Position numbers and translations under genes: made by a program. The notes beneath the pieces are model-generated. The model made no database searches. It was not told the DNA's origin and saw only the letters and a program-made list of their open reading frames with translations. From positions 109,244,001-109,308,000 of the forward strand of contig NC_079164.1 in assembly GCF_947568905.1 (NCBI RefSeq): a DNA stretch of 64,000 bases. Reading direction: 5' to 3'. Of the stretch, positions 45,849 through 58,915 are shown piece after piece. The number at the start of each line of letters is the position of its first letter. Position 1 is the first letter of the stretch. The DNA is from Ostrea edulis (lineage: Eukaryota).

Positions 45849-48800
45849 CTAAAAAGGACATTCAAAACTATATTAAAACAGAGGTAATCTCTTCAACTTA
45901 TGTGAAAGGAAAGAAATTCAATAATACCCCTTACTACATGAAAAACTAGCCATACCCAAATCTCAATAGTTAATATAGTAGATGTAAAATATACTGCAGC
46001 AAAGATTACAACTCTGTAGATTTTATTAATAAATTAAGTAGGATACCCGAATCCTTTTCTCTCTCTAGGATTTTGCCCATCATTCTCCAAGGCCTCGGCA
46101 ATCCCTTTGACTGAAGATCCTAATCCCTCCCCTTCTTGCCAGCCCTGCTTTTCTAGGATCTTCCTTCCCACTCCTTTGGTATGAGATTCAAACTTTCCTA
46201 TTTTGTGATCTTCCTTGGGAGCTTTAAGCTTTTTACCAATGCCCAATGTGAACCTGTCTGTAGCCTCTTCCCCATCCCGCCGCCGTTTTTCTTGTCTCAT
46301 GGTCACATGATCTCGGGCATCCTTGTCTCCTGCTCCTTCCTCATAATACACACTCATGTCTACGTCCCAGTCATCTGTTGTTTGTTCATCAAAGTCTGAA
46401 AATGTCAGATAACATTTGTAACAGTCCTATGATATGTGTTACAGATATATACTCTTATTACATTTAATTCTGTCTGAAAGAGCACAAATCAATGGGACAA
46501 ACAATTCTGATTCATTACAAACATATTTCAATATGTCCAATAACTTCAAAATATGTTTTAAAACTACAGGGAATGAAAATCACTTTGCTGTGAATGTGAA
46601 TTCATTATAAGCGTGTTCACGTTAACCATGTTTTACTGTACATAAATTCTCCCTTCTAACGACACCAAGGGTAACCTGGCCAGAAGTTGTAGCTTGCTTC
46701 CACAATTTTACGTCACTAGAAGGGATACAAACTAATTCCTACAGAAGCCATTAACTTATAGTGTTCTGATTAATGGAACGCTGAATCCTAGATTGAGACT
46801 GCATATCAATTGTGTGTTTATAGTGGGTAAACAGGTAATATATAACATTAAGGTGGCTATGCTGGAAATAGAATCAGTGAACTAAGATTAACCCATACAA
46901 ACAACTGAGCCACATTTCACATACTACAGAAAAGAATTACTTATCATATCATAGGATGCTTGTATCTGGGTAGAAATACATCAAATTAAAAGCAGGGCGA
47001 ATTTGTCTCAAACTATTCTTTATTTTCACCTTTTGTGATTCGTACATTTTAGTTTTCTTTTAACCGCTTAACACATTTAAACCTTTCCATTCCTTGGTTA
47101 TCCCCCCTACCTCCTTCTTGCTCCTGCCAGTACTGGGCATCTGTGTAGAACACCAGTCCACTCCCTCCCTTCTCCCACTTCAGTTCTATCTCCTCCTCAA
47201 ACAAGCGATCTTTGTTTCTCTCTTGGTTTGTTGGGTCATCTGTAAGTGCCTCATGCCTCTCCCACTCCTCACAACTGTCCTCATCCTACAAATACATTTA
47301 TATCTACAACTGTCCTCATCCTACAAATACATTTATATCTACAACTGTCCTCACCCTACAAATACATATCTACAACTGTCCTCACCCTATAAATACATAT
47401 CTACAACTGTCCTCATCCTATAAATACATATCTACAACTGTCCTCATCCTATAAATACATATCTACAACTGTCCTCACCCTATAAATACTTATCTACAAC
47501 TGTCCTCATCCTATAAATACATATCTACAACTGTCCTCATCCTATAAATACATATCTACAACTGTCCTCATCCTATAAATACATATCTACAACTGTCCTC
47601 ACCCTATAAATACATATCTACAACTGTCCTCATCCTATAAATACATATCTACAACTGTTCTCATCCTATAAATACATATCTACAACTGTCCTCATCCTAT
47701 AAATACATATCTACAACTGTCCTCATCCTATAAATACATATCTACAACTGTCCTCATCCTATAAATACATATCTACAACTGTCCTCATCCTACAAATACA
47801 TTTATATCTACAACTGTCCTCATCCTACAAATACATTTATATCTACAACTGTCCTCACCCTACAAATACATATCTACAACTGTCCTCACCCTATAAATAC
47901 ATATCTACAACTGTCCTCATCCTATAAATACATATCTACAACTGTCCTCATCCTATAAATACATATCTACAACTGTCCTCACCCTATAAATACTTATCTA
48001 CAACTGTCCTCACCCTATAAATACATATCTACAACTGTTCTCATCCTATAAATACATATCTACAACTGTCCTCATCCTATAAATACATATCTACAACTGT
48101 CCTCACCCTATAAATACATATCTACAACTGTCCTCACCCTATAAATACATATCTACAACTGTCCTCATCCTATAAATACATATCTACAACTGTCCTCACC
48201 CTACAAATACATATCTACAACTGTCCTCACCCTATAAATACATATCTACAACTGTCCTCATCCTATAAATACATATCTACAACTGTTCTCATCCTATAAA
48301 TACACATATCTACAACTGTCCTCATCCTATAAATACATATCTACAACTGTCCTCATCCTATAAATACTTATCTACAACTGTCCTCATCCTATAAATACAT
48401 ATCTACAACTGTCCTCATCCTATAAATACATATCTACAACTGTCCTCATCCTATAAATACATGTCTACAACTGTCCTCATCCTATAAATACATATCTACA
48501 ACTGTCCTCACCCTACAAATACATATCTACAACTGTCCTCATCCTATAAATACATATCTACAACTGTCCTCATCCTATAAATACAGATCTACAACTGTCC
48601 TCATCCTATAAATACATTTATATCTACAACTGTCCTCATCCTATAAATACATTTATATCTACAACTGTCCTCATCCTATAAATACATTTCTATAACTGTC
48701 CTCATCCTATAAATACATTTATATCTACAACTGTCCTCATCCTACAAATACATTTATATCTACAACTGTCCTCACCCTACAAATACATATCTACAACTGT

Positions 48801-49850
48801 CCTCACCCTATAAATACATATCTACAACTGTCCTCATCCTATAAATACATATCTACAACTGTCCTCATCCTATAAATACATATCTACAACTGTCCTCACC
48901 CTATAAATACATATCTACAACTGTTCTCATCCTATAAATACATATCTACAACTGTCCTCATCCTATAAATACATATCTACAACTGTCCTCACCCTATAAA
49001 TACATATCTACAACTGTCCTCACCCTATAAATACATATCTACAACTGTCCTCATCCTATAAATACATATCTACAACTGTCCTCACCCTACAAATACATAT
49101 CTACAACTGTCCTCACCCTATAAATACATATCTACAACTGTCCTCATCCTATAAATACATATCTACAACTGTTCTCATCCTATAAATACACATATCTACA
49201 ACTGTCCTCATCCTATAAATACATATCTACAACTGTCCTCACCCTATAAATACTTATCTACAACTGTCCTCATCCTATAAATACATATCTACAACTGTCC
49301 TCATCCTATAAATACATATCTACAACTGTCCTCATCCTATAAATACATATCTACAACTGTCCTCATCCTATAAATACATATCTACAACTGTCCTCATCCT
49401 ATAAATACATATCTACAACTGTCCTCACCCTACAAATACATATCTACAACTGTCCTCATCCTATAAATACATATCTACAACTGTCCTCATCCTATAAATA
49501 CAGATCTACAACTGTCCTCATCCTATAAATACATTTATATCTACAACTGTCCTCATCCTATAAATACATTTATATCTACAACTGTCCTCATCCTATAAAT
49601 ACATTTCTATAACTGTCCTCATCCTATAAATACATTTATATCTACAACTGTCCTCATCCTATAAATACATTTCTACAAATGTCCTCATCCTATAAATACA
49701 TAATATCTACAACTGTCTTCATCCTATAAATACATATCTACAACTGTACTTATCCAATAAATACATATCTACAACTGCCATCATCAAATACATTTATATC
49801 TACAACTGTTGTCATCCTACAAATACATTTTTTCTAGTTCACCTGAGCTA

Positions 49851-49881
<31 letters not shown>

Positions 49882-50809
49882 TGTCCATCGTCTGTCTGTC
49901 TGTCTGTATACTTTGAACATTTTTTACTTCTTCTGCAGAACCACTGGGCCAATTTCAACCAAACTGATTCTCTGTATATTTGTATGTAAAACTTATCCCT
50001 TATTGTGGCCCCATCCTGCCCTTGGGGGACATGATATGAACAATCTTGAATCTACTTTATACCAGGAAGCTTTCAGGTAAATCTCCACTCTTATGGCCCA
50101 GTGGTTCTTGAGAAGAAGACTTTTAAAGATTTTCAATCCCCTATCTCTTAAATCTCCACTATGTCAGGAAGCTTTCATGTAAATTTCAGCTTTTCTGGCC
50201 CTGTGGTTTTTGAGTAGATTCTTAAATAACCCCACCCTATTTTTGTGATAATCTTCCCTTTGAAGGGGGAATGACACTTCATTTGAACAAACTTAAATCC
50301 CCTTCACCCAACGGTGATCTGTATGAAGTTTGGTAGAAATTGGCCCATTAGTTCTGGAGAATATGATTTTCCTATAGATCAGCATGTAAAACTTTGACCC
50401 CCCTATTGTGGCCCCACCCTACCCCAGGGGCCATGATTTGAACAAACTTGAACCTACTTTATACAAGGAAGCTTTCAGATTAATCTCTATTCTTATGGAC
50501 CAGTGGTTCTTGAAAGGAATTAAGACTTTTAAAGATTTTCCCTATATATTAACATGTAAAAATTTGATCCCCTGTTGTGGACTCTACCTACCCCTGTGGG
50601 TCAAGATTTTACCAACCTTGAATCTCCACTATGTCAAAAAGCTTTCATGTAAATTTCAGCTTTTCTGACCCCGTGGTTCTTGAGAAGAAGAATTTTAAAT
50701 GACCCCCACTCTATTTTTGCATTTTTGTGATGATCTTCCCTTTGAAGGGGGAATGGTTCTTCATTTGAACAAAATTGAATCCCCTTCACCAAAGGATGAT
50801 TTGTACCAT

Positions 50810-50844
<35 letters not shown>

Positions 50845-53800
50845 TCGAAAGTATGAAAAGTTTACAGACAGACAGACAGGTGACGGACAATGGGTGATCA
50901 GAAAAGCTCACTTGAGCTTTCATCTCAGGTGAGCTAAAAAAACAATAACCCAGCACTTATCAGGCTAGGATAAAACATAATCAATGGATGGGATGTATAT
51001 TGAGCAGTGTTTCTGTGTGTCTGTCTGTTCATCCATCTGAACCTTGTGGAAAAGAAAACAAGAGTACTAATAAGGCTGTAATAATCAATTTACATTCCCC
51101 ATAATGAAAGGCAAAAACCTGTAATTTCTCAAGGTCAAGGTCATACTTTTAAAGGTGATTATGATGGGGGAAACAGTACTAATAAGCCTAGGATCATTAA
51201 ACTTGGGGTATATGTTACCCATGGGGTTTGAGCCAAGTATATTTTGAAAAGTAATAATTTTGCTTCTCAGGTTAAACTTTTTAAAGTGAAATCTTTCTTT
51301 CAATTTGATATCAAACTAATAAAGCCATCTTAGAAATAACATTTCATGAATATTTTCAAATATTAGAAAAAGTTCTGAAAGAACACTAATCAGGGCATTT
51401 TTCAAACAATGAATGGTTTATTGTAATGTTGTTATTTATCTTCGATTACTAACTGTTTTTCTAAATATATTGGATGGGTGCATGTTTTGCAGAGTGAGCA
51501 TTGCTTGTTTGAAAGAAGATATCATGGAAATTTGAGAAAAAAAAGACTGGATTGCTTCCTTATTTAAACATCATATTTCATATGATCACCAAACCAAAGA
51601 TCCACTTTGTCCTTACATGTTCCGAGTCACTGCCTTCCTTATGTATCATATTCTCCTCAATGTTCATCTCCATTCTTCTCTGGGTCTCCGGGTCTTTCCT
51701 GGTAACTCTACTGTATATCATTGGTTTCTGTTGGTCTGGACTATCAGTCTTATCTTCATAGTCCTCCTCACTCACAAGTCTATGCCCACTACCAGATAAC
51801 ACATTCTCTACAGCAGGTTCTGCATCCTGCACTTCCTCTATTTCACCACCATAATCAAAAGAAACATTTCCGTATCTGTTTTTTACTCTAGTCTTAGGGA
51901 ACTTAAGTCCTAATTTTTTAATCACAACAGGCGGAAGTTTACATTGACGAATAGCATCCATGAAAACAGCTGTTGGTGTTCCTACATTACCGTTTGGCAT
52001 TGCTGCAGGGGGATGTAACTCTGGAAGTCCCATTAAATCTTCTTCTGTGAATGCTTCTCTGTCATGTGGAACTTCTTTCAAATCCCCTCTCGTCTTGTAC
52101 TTTGAAGACAATTCTGTTTGAAGATATTCAAGGATTACATCAATTTGCCCCTTATTACTAGCAACATTAAATTAAAAAGACTTTACCTTAGTATTTATTT
52201 GGTTTTGCATTGTGTTGGAAACCAATGGCATCGCCATGAAAGGCATGCAAGTATGAACAGTCTTAGACAAATGTTGACAAATCTGTGAAAACGCATTTGT
52301 TAACATTTGAGCTATGTAATTGTGATCTTTTGACTCAGGGTATGTTTTTGAAAATGATGCGGTTATGAGAAAAGCATACCTTTTTAACATTAAAAGTTTA
52401 CAAACAAAAATGCTTTCACATTTCAGAGGAGTTACGAGATTGATCACTGTTATCTTCACCTTTCATTTCAGAGTAAAAACATATTAAATGTCAGTCAATG
52501 CGACAGGTCTTCCAATTTCACTGCAATGTCTGCATTATACTCCAGCTAGCTAAATTAACGTAGTTCCACCCTCCTGTGACATCAAAATATTTTGCAAAGT
52601 CAATGATTTAATAAGATTTATGCATGACAGGAACATAAATTTTGTTGGAGTCTTTTTGAATAGTTATTGTAAAAAATATTGTTAACCATAAAATATTTCA
52701 AAAGTCTAAGTCATGTAATGAGAAATCAATTCTATGTTTCAAAATATTAAATCCAAGGGCAATAACTCTGTTTCCATTAAATCATTTATCAATTCCATTC
52801 TGCAATAAATTTCCTTTATTTTTCACAAACATTTTATATATTTTTCAAGAATTGTTATCAATACTATTATATTATTATAACCAGTTTTTGTGAAATTTTG
52901 ATAATGCTTTAAAGGAAAATTGCAATTTTCTGACATTGATAACAGCTATATGTGTGCTAATTGATAAAGAATTTATTAATACCACAACATACTTATTTTA
53001 TTAATTTTTATTTGTTACTAAGATATATTATTAGAAGAATCAACACACAACTATAAGATTGAACCTATAATTCTAGAGCGATGGAATCACCTTCAGGTTC
53101 CTGAGTAATATTTTTCTTCTACGTAATCATCAGACATGAATGTATAAATGTTTGGGGTTTTTTATCATTACTCATATGCTATTCCTTATATCTTGTTCTT
53201 TTCCATTTTTATTTCTAATACATTTTAATACTGAAGAATGTGTCATTAGAAGCATAGGGATATTAACCAAGGCTTTTAATTGTACACTGATTATGTCTAC
53301 TCATGGGTATACATGTACAATTTTCAACCTTAGGCTTCTTGATAGATAAGTATTTTCAGGTGTGGTTGTAGAAGAAAGTAGTATACATGTATATATATGA
53401 AAATGAAATCCACCTTTAGTTCCCTGGAATTCTAAGCAGTAATTACATAAAATCAGTTATGGCATACATGAAAAAAAGGCCATTTTGAAAACAATTCACA
53501 GTTTCAAAATTATGATCTTTTGAATCATATGAGTCACAAAACATTGCTGGGTGTTACAGGGTGTATGTTTGCTCCAGAATGAGAACTATCTAAAGCTTTG
53601 CCTTTCATTTTTAGGGGTTTCTGTAAAAAGGTATGTTTTGCCAGAAAACAAATCTGATATACCTCAAGACAGGTTGTGCATGATAATTCACTAAAAATTA
53701 GGAGAGGAGATATTTGATACAATTTTAACATTGTGGCTTGTAAAAATTATTTAATAGACCAAGTGTACAGTCTTCAACTTTTGGACTGTACCTAATACTT

Positions 53801-54450
53801 GCTGTTGGATCTAAGATCTAGTTTAGTGTATCCACAGAAACCGGTAATTTCGTCTGTAATAATAATAGTAAGGGTCTATACCATAGCAACTGCTTAATAA
53901 AGTTTTATTAGAGGGTGGTAAGGCATAGACCCCCTACTTTTATTCTTACAGACAAAATTAACGGTTCCTGTGGTGAATCTGCCAATAAAGTTCAAACTCA
54001 TTACGGCGACATTCAATATAATCGCGTTTTAGCGAGAATATCTCGCTATAGGGGAAGTGTTCCCAACCTGTTGTAAAGACTGAAGTACCTACCCTCCAAT
54101 TGTTGTATTCGAACTTTTGAAACGTGACAGATTTTGGGAACTGATTCTCCATTGCTGTCTAACCAGTGTTTTCTATGATACATCTTATAAAATTCCTCAA
54201 ATCTGTCTCTAAAAACTTTAACAACACAACAACATGTGTTAGTGTTTGTATTCGCAGCAGGAACTGGGTCGTTTGCTTGACGTTTTTTTAACTGGACCTC
54301 AGGTCGATGTCTAAAGTGGAAACATTTAAATCCATTGGTCTCTATGAACTGAGAAAAGAAATTTCTTAAATCTGATGAATGATAATCACGCGGAATATTG
54401 TTTACGATAACAAAAACTGTAGCCTTTTCAAGGCTCATATTTATAGTCAT
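45644..54450 (-). CDS. GPATCH3: G patch domain-containing protein 3, 5 coding exons, ~527 aa
   Basis: Exons 54450-54093, 52113-51617, 47285-47111, 46395-46047, 45848-45644; GT-AG and phase-consistent; 1584 nt. Recognisable GPATCH3 blocks (NNIP..YHSSDLRNFFSQF, CFHFRHRPE, LPEL.PP..MP.GNVGTP, EEWERHEAL, WEKGGSGLVFYTDAQYW, DDWDVDMSVYY) and the G-patch (FESHTKGVGRKILEKQGWQEGEGLG). Confidence 0.93.
46047..46395 (-). CDS. GPATCH3: GPATCH3 exon 4 (G-patch domain)
   Basis: ttcag acceptor, GG|gtatcc donor; ORF 46034..46357. Confidence 0.94.
47111..47285 (-). CDS. GPATCH3: GPATCH3 exon 3 (DEDSCEEWERHEAL...WEKGGSGLVFYTDAQYWQEQEG)
   Basis: tttgtag acceptor, G|gtaggg donor; translated by hand. Confidence 0.93.
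47271..49828. repeat. 31/33/35-bp minisatellite, roughly 80 copies, spanning the GPATCH3 exon 3 acceptor
   Basis: acaactgtcctcatcctataaatacatatct; the first unit includes the first 15 nt of the exon. Confidence 0.97.
49828..50940. mobile_element. Helentron/HINE-like elements: a short + copy and a longer - copy with ~167-bp internal repeats
   Basis: tcacctgagct..aagctcaagtgagcttttctgatc + (tctg)n heads at both ends in opposite orientation; repeated gaagctttcatgtaaa / gtggttcttgagaagaag units. Confidence 0.75.
51617..52113 (-). CDS. GPATCH3: GPATCH3 exon 2
   Basis: aacag acceptor, CAT|gtaagg donor; ORF 51578..52111. Confidence 0.93.
54093..54450 (-). CDS. GPATCH3: GPATCH3 exon 1
   Basis: ATG at 54450 (second ATG 4 codons later), donor G|gtaggt; ORF 54046..54450. 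Confidence 0.92.
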
Positions 54451-54481
54451 GTCCAGTGACTTTTTGTTTCACTTTATATTA

Positions 54482-54489
54482 ACTTCCGG
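54482..54489 (-). promoter_or_regulatory. ETS-type motif CCGGAAGT in the GPATCH3 proximal promoter/5' UTR
   Basis: ACTTCCGG on +, about 30 nt upstream of the ATG, in a locally CpG-richer patch. Confidence 0.5.
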
Positions 54490-55434
54490 TGTAAACAGAT
54501 ATCAATCGGAACCTCTCGAGTGTGTGTGAGACATACGAGGAATTCCGATTCCATAGGTAATGGTACGTTTCGCCCCAAAAGACGTTTCGCCCTAGGATGG
54601 TTTGCGCCAATTTTGGGTGCGAATATTGTCACGGGCATTTCAGTGTATTGCAGTATATACATTTTTCCTGCCATGTTTGCAACCTTCTTTTTTCATTTAA
54701 CATTTCTTATCCTATAGTCAAAAATGTTCACCTGTCATTTGCTGGTATAGTGAGTTGATCAGTGGGAGTGTACCAGACTGTTGGTCTTGTACTCCCAGCA
54801 ACCAAGACAGCTTACAAGTGTTTAACATGACGAAGAAAAAAGAAAATGTGTACAATGATATGAGATGTAATACTTGTAGTATCACATTCCACTGTTCAAA
54901 TTCATCTTACTGAATACAGTATGCAAGTATAATACACATGTACGTACAGGATTTAGTTGTTCTGAGTGTTTTATGTCTAAAGCAGGGAGGTTAAAATAAT
55001 TATATGAATGAGAATAACTGTACTATATGAATTTTGTTTTTAAGAAAACATTTGTTGGCTCGATTACAATTGTATATGTAAATATATGCAATTATACAAT
55101 CTTACTTCTATGACTAACCTGTAAATCGCCTATAATTTGTATTAATTGTTATATTTATTTCACGGTGTCATGAAAGGGATACACTGGTACACTGGTGAAA
55201 ATACAAGATTTATTATTGATCCATTTCGATCTATTTGTGGTTGTGTTAGAAAGTGCGCATGGGAAAATGAGAAATAATTTCTTATTGTTTCGTTAGAATA
55301 ATTCCTTATCGATAACATGCATAAAAGTTCTTAATAAACGAATTTTAAAAAAGCTTTACTGTAATCATTACGTTTCATTATTATTTCGGCATTATTAGAC
55401 AAATATTATGAATAATTTACGATTTTACAGCAAG

Positions 55435-55875
55435 CAGGCGCGTAGCCAGAAAGAAAATGAAGTGTACGCAAAGAACGTCAATGGGTCTGGTGACCGTCTT
55501 GAGGTTCTGGAAGCTCCTGAATGAAATCAATGTTTGTTTTTGTTTGTTTTTTATTGTTTTGTTTTTTTTTTCTTTCCTTTTTTTAGTACATAGCTGATAA
55601 TTTGAAATTGAAAAAGGACGAAATTTGATTAAATGGGCATTATAATGTTGATTAAATTATAGATCAGAACTATATAACGCAAAGTTATTAAAAGGCACAN
55701 NNNNNNNNNNNNNNNNNNNNNNNNNNNNNNNNNNNNNNNNNNNNNNNNNNNNNNNNNNNNNNNNNNNNNNNNNNNNNNNNNNNNNNNNNNNNNNNNNNNN
55801 NNNNNNNNNNNNNNNNNNNNNNNNNNNNNNNNNNNNNNNNNNNTGCGTACTTGCGTATAGGCAGCTACGCGCCTG
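55435..55875. mobile_element. MITE with 12-bp TIR spanning the assembly gap
   Basis: CAGGCGCGTAGC ... GCTACGCGCCTG; no clear TSD. Confidence 0.6.
55700..55843. other. Assembly gap (144 N)
   Basis: Run of n. Confidence 1.
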
Positions 55876-56084
55876 ACAAGTACTCCCCGGAATGGCAGAG
55901 TATAAAATATAGAAGCAACTCATCACGGGTTTCCACAAATTAATTAAATAAATGAATCGACAAGAACAATTTATTTTGGTTTGAATAAACCACAACTGCA
56001 AATATACATGTATGGAACGCCGTTACTGTCTTATATTGTAAATCAGCCTTACATTATGTCGATATATCTACTTGTATATTTCGC

Positions 56085-56335
56085 CATCATCACGTGACAG
56101 ACATGCGCAGTATAGTCAGTCCAGCAAATGATATCGCCGTCATCACGTGACAGACATGCAAATCGTCATCATCACATGACAGACAAGCACAGTATGGCCA
56201 GTCCAGCAAATGCTATCGCCGTCATCACGTGACAGACATGCACAGTATAGCCAGCCCAGCAAATCGTCATCATCACGTGACAGACAAGCACAGTATGGCC
56301 AGTCCAGCAAATAATATTGCCATCAGCATGTGACA
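56085..56335. repeat. Imperfect ~50-bp tandem repeat containing TCACGTGA
   Basis: catcacgtgacagacatgc..agtat.gccagtccagcaaat units. Confidence 0.85.
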
Positions 56336-57529
56336 TACGGTTCTGTCGTTGCATTTTATTTATAAACTATTAGACATTTCTGAAGCATGTTTGGTTTCTG
56401 CAATCTATTGAAACTCAAAATCTAATAATACCACAGGCACCTGAAGTATGGATATTACCCCCCCCCCCCTTTTTTTGATAATTTTTTTTTTGGCGGTAAT
56501 AATTTCTCTGAATGTGTGAATCCCTGTCTATCTCATCCCTCTTTCGATTAAAAAAAAGTTGTTTTACGCTTTTTGTAAGCTTTAGGGATTGGCTTTCTAC
56601 CGGTGTATTTTATTGTATACATTTTATTACTGCGCGCAATAATTGAATTGATGTGCACATTAATGAGAGCAATATAATTGATATCTTGCGTACATGAAAT
56701 TAACTGATGATTGATGATATCTTCAAATGATTAAACTGAGATGTGATTTGATTTGAATATATTATATTGCATTTATATAATATACAACAGGTTTGAACAC
56801 AAGGTCTTATACAACTTACTAGGCTCTCACCTAAGATCAATTGATAACGATTGTCGTAAAACATATGTATAGACAAAATAAATACATGTACGTAGAGCAT
56901 AAAATAAATTATTATCACGAGAATCTGCATGAATTCAATATAGATTTGTGAACAGCTTTAAAAAATTGCTGTTAATTTCATACCCCAAATTGTCGCTACC
57001 CCAGAGTAAAATCCGTGTATCAATGATAGATAACTCTTGTATTTGAAAGAGTTCGTTAAGCAATATAAGTTAAAGTAACATTTCTTACCACTGAAAATCT
57101 TTTACACAAAAAAAAACAAAAACTTATATGCATCTTCTCTCATACCACAAACACAATTCGGAGAATCTACAATGTTTCTTCTGTGTAGATAATAGCTAAG
57201 CAAACAGCTATGTTTTAATTTAGTCATCGTCGCAAACCACGGGTTATTGTTTCATTCTATTTCACAAACCTATTTGTGAAATAGAATGAAACAATAACCC
57301 GTGCCTATTTGTGAAATAGAATGAAACAATAACCCGTGGTTTGCGACGATGTAATTTAGTATGAATTATATTAACTATTCCTTTGCCAAGAAGAAAATGT
57401 TTAGGCACCTCTGAAATATTGATATTATTAGAAATGTTTCAGCGGAACTGACAGATAGATGTTGCTTTCATTCCATTTGCGAATGGCATCTGGCAAAAAA
57501 AAAGAAAAGATTTATTAGATATTTCTTGC

Positions 57530-57703
57530 TTATAGTTTTAGGAGGTATATAGTCATATTGATTTATTATATGTTTCTATTTATAGTTTTAGGAGGTCTAT
57601 AGTCATATTGATTTATTATATGTTTCTATTTATAGTTTTAGGAGGTATATAGTCATATTGATTTATTATATGTTTCTATTTATAGTTTTAGGAGGTATAT
57701 AGT
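57530..57703. repeat. 50-bp tandem repeat, ~3.5 copies
   Basis: ggaggtatatagtcatattgatttattatatgtttctatttatagtttta. Confidence 0.9.
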
Positions 57704-57779
57704 AATATTCGTAACGAGTATTGTAGTGCGATGTATCCATTCGAATATAGTCAATGATATCGCCTAGATATTATAATAT

Positions 57780-58915
57780 AATGATAAAGCCTTTATTTAT
57801 CCAGGATTACATATTTAGTGATAACGCTAGTTTTCAATATGGTCCTGCATATAACATACATACAGATATTAGTAAAATAAACACATATTAAAAGAAGTAG
57901 AATACATATAAACTTAAGAAATAATTATGAATGTAAGATAAATAGAAACAAAATGAAGCTTAAAAAGTATGGTGATAATCTCTAAGATAATTGCTCTTAA
58001 AACACGCAACACTTGTTGAGTTTCTTATATTTTGACTCAAGGCATTCCACACTGTGCTCCCTGAAATGCTGAAAGGTCTTCTATAATATTCTGTTTTTGC
58101 CCTGGGTATATACAATATATTTGAATAAGAATTTCTAGTTTGCCTCTGACTGACTTCTGATACATATTTAAAAATATTTAAATAATCTGGCATTGAACCA
58201 TGTAAAACTTTATACACTAAAATGACTTTTCTATAGACAAAGTAATCTGATAGAGGCAACCAGTTAAGTTCTGTAAACATGACATTAGATGGTGTTTCAA
58301 AATTTCTGATGTTAAGAATTACCATTGCAGCTCGTTTTTTGCAATATAAAAAGCTTATTCACATTTTCAGCATTTCTTGGATTGCTCCATATAGTACAAC
58401 AATATGTAAAATGTGGAAAAATCATAGTATTAAAAATCTTCAGCAGCGCATCGTTTGACATAAAATATCGTATTCTTCTTAAAATGCCAATTCTCTTGGA
58501 AATCTTGTTCATAAGTGATTCTATATGACTTTTCCAGGACAAAGTTTCATCAATAATAATACCAAGTAATTTTGACTCCTGAACACATTCTATGACATGG
58601 TTATTTATCACTAAATTTAATTTTCGATACTTTGATAATTTTTGTGCCGATCCAATAAGCATGCATTGAGTTTTAGACAGGTTTAAGCTTAATTTATTTT
58701 CCTTAATCCACATTATACTGCGCTGAAGATCTTCACACATCTTTGACTCAATATTTTCCACTGACTTATCTGTTACATCTTGTGAAGTACCATCTGCATA
58801 CATATTTACACGAGAATGTTTCAGTGCTCGTGGATAGTCATTAATATGCAGGATAAAAAACAATAGGCCTAAAACAGAGCCTTGCGGAACTCCAATGGTT
58901 ACATTTTTTTCATCA
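57780..58915 (-). mobile_element. 5'-truncated L2/CR1-group LINE (RT C-terminal half, frameshifted)
   Basis: ORFs 58312..58956 and 57960..58325: GVPQGSVLG, MYADGT, LSLNLSKT, KLLGIIID..LSW..HI, FTELNWLPL, WNAL... Confidence 0.92.

Noticed and set aside
47094-47454. Plus-strand ORFs of 109 and 80 aa
   Set aside because: They are antisense to GPATCH3 exon 3 and extended by the minisatellite.
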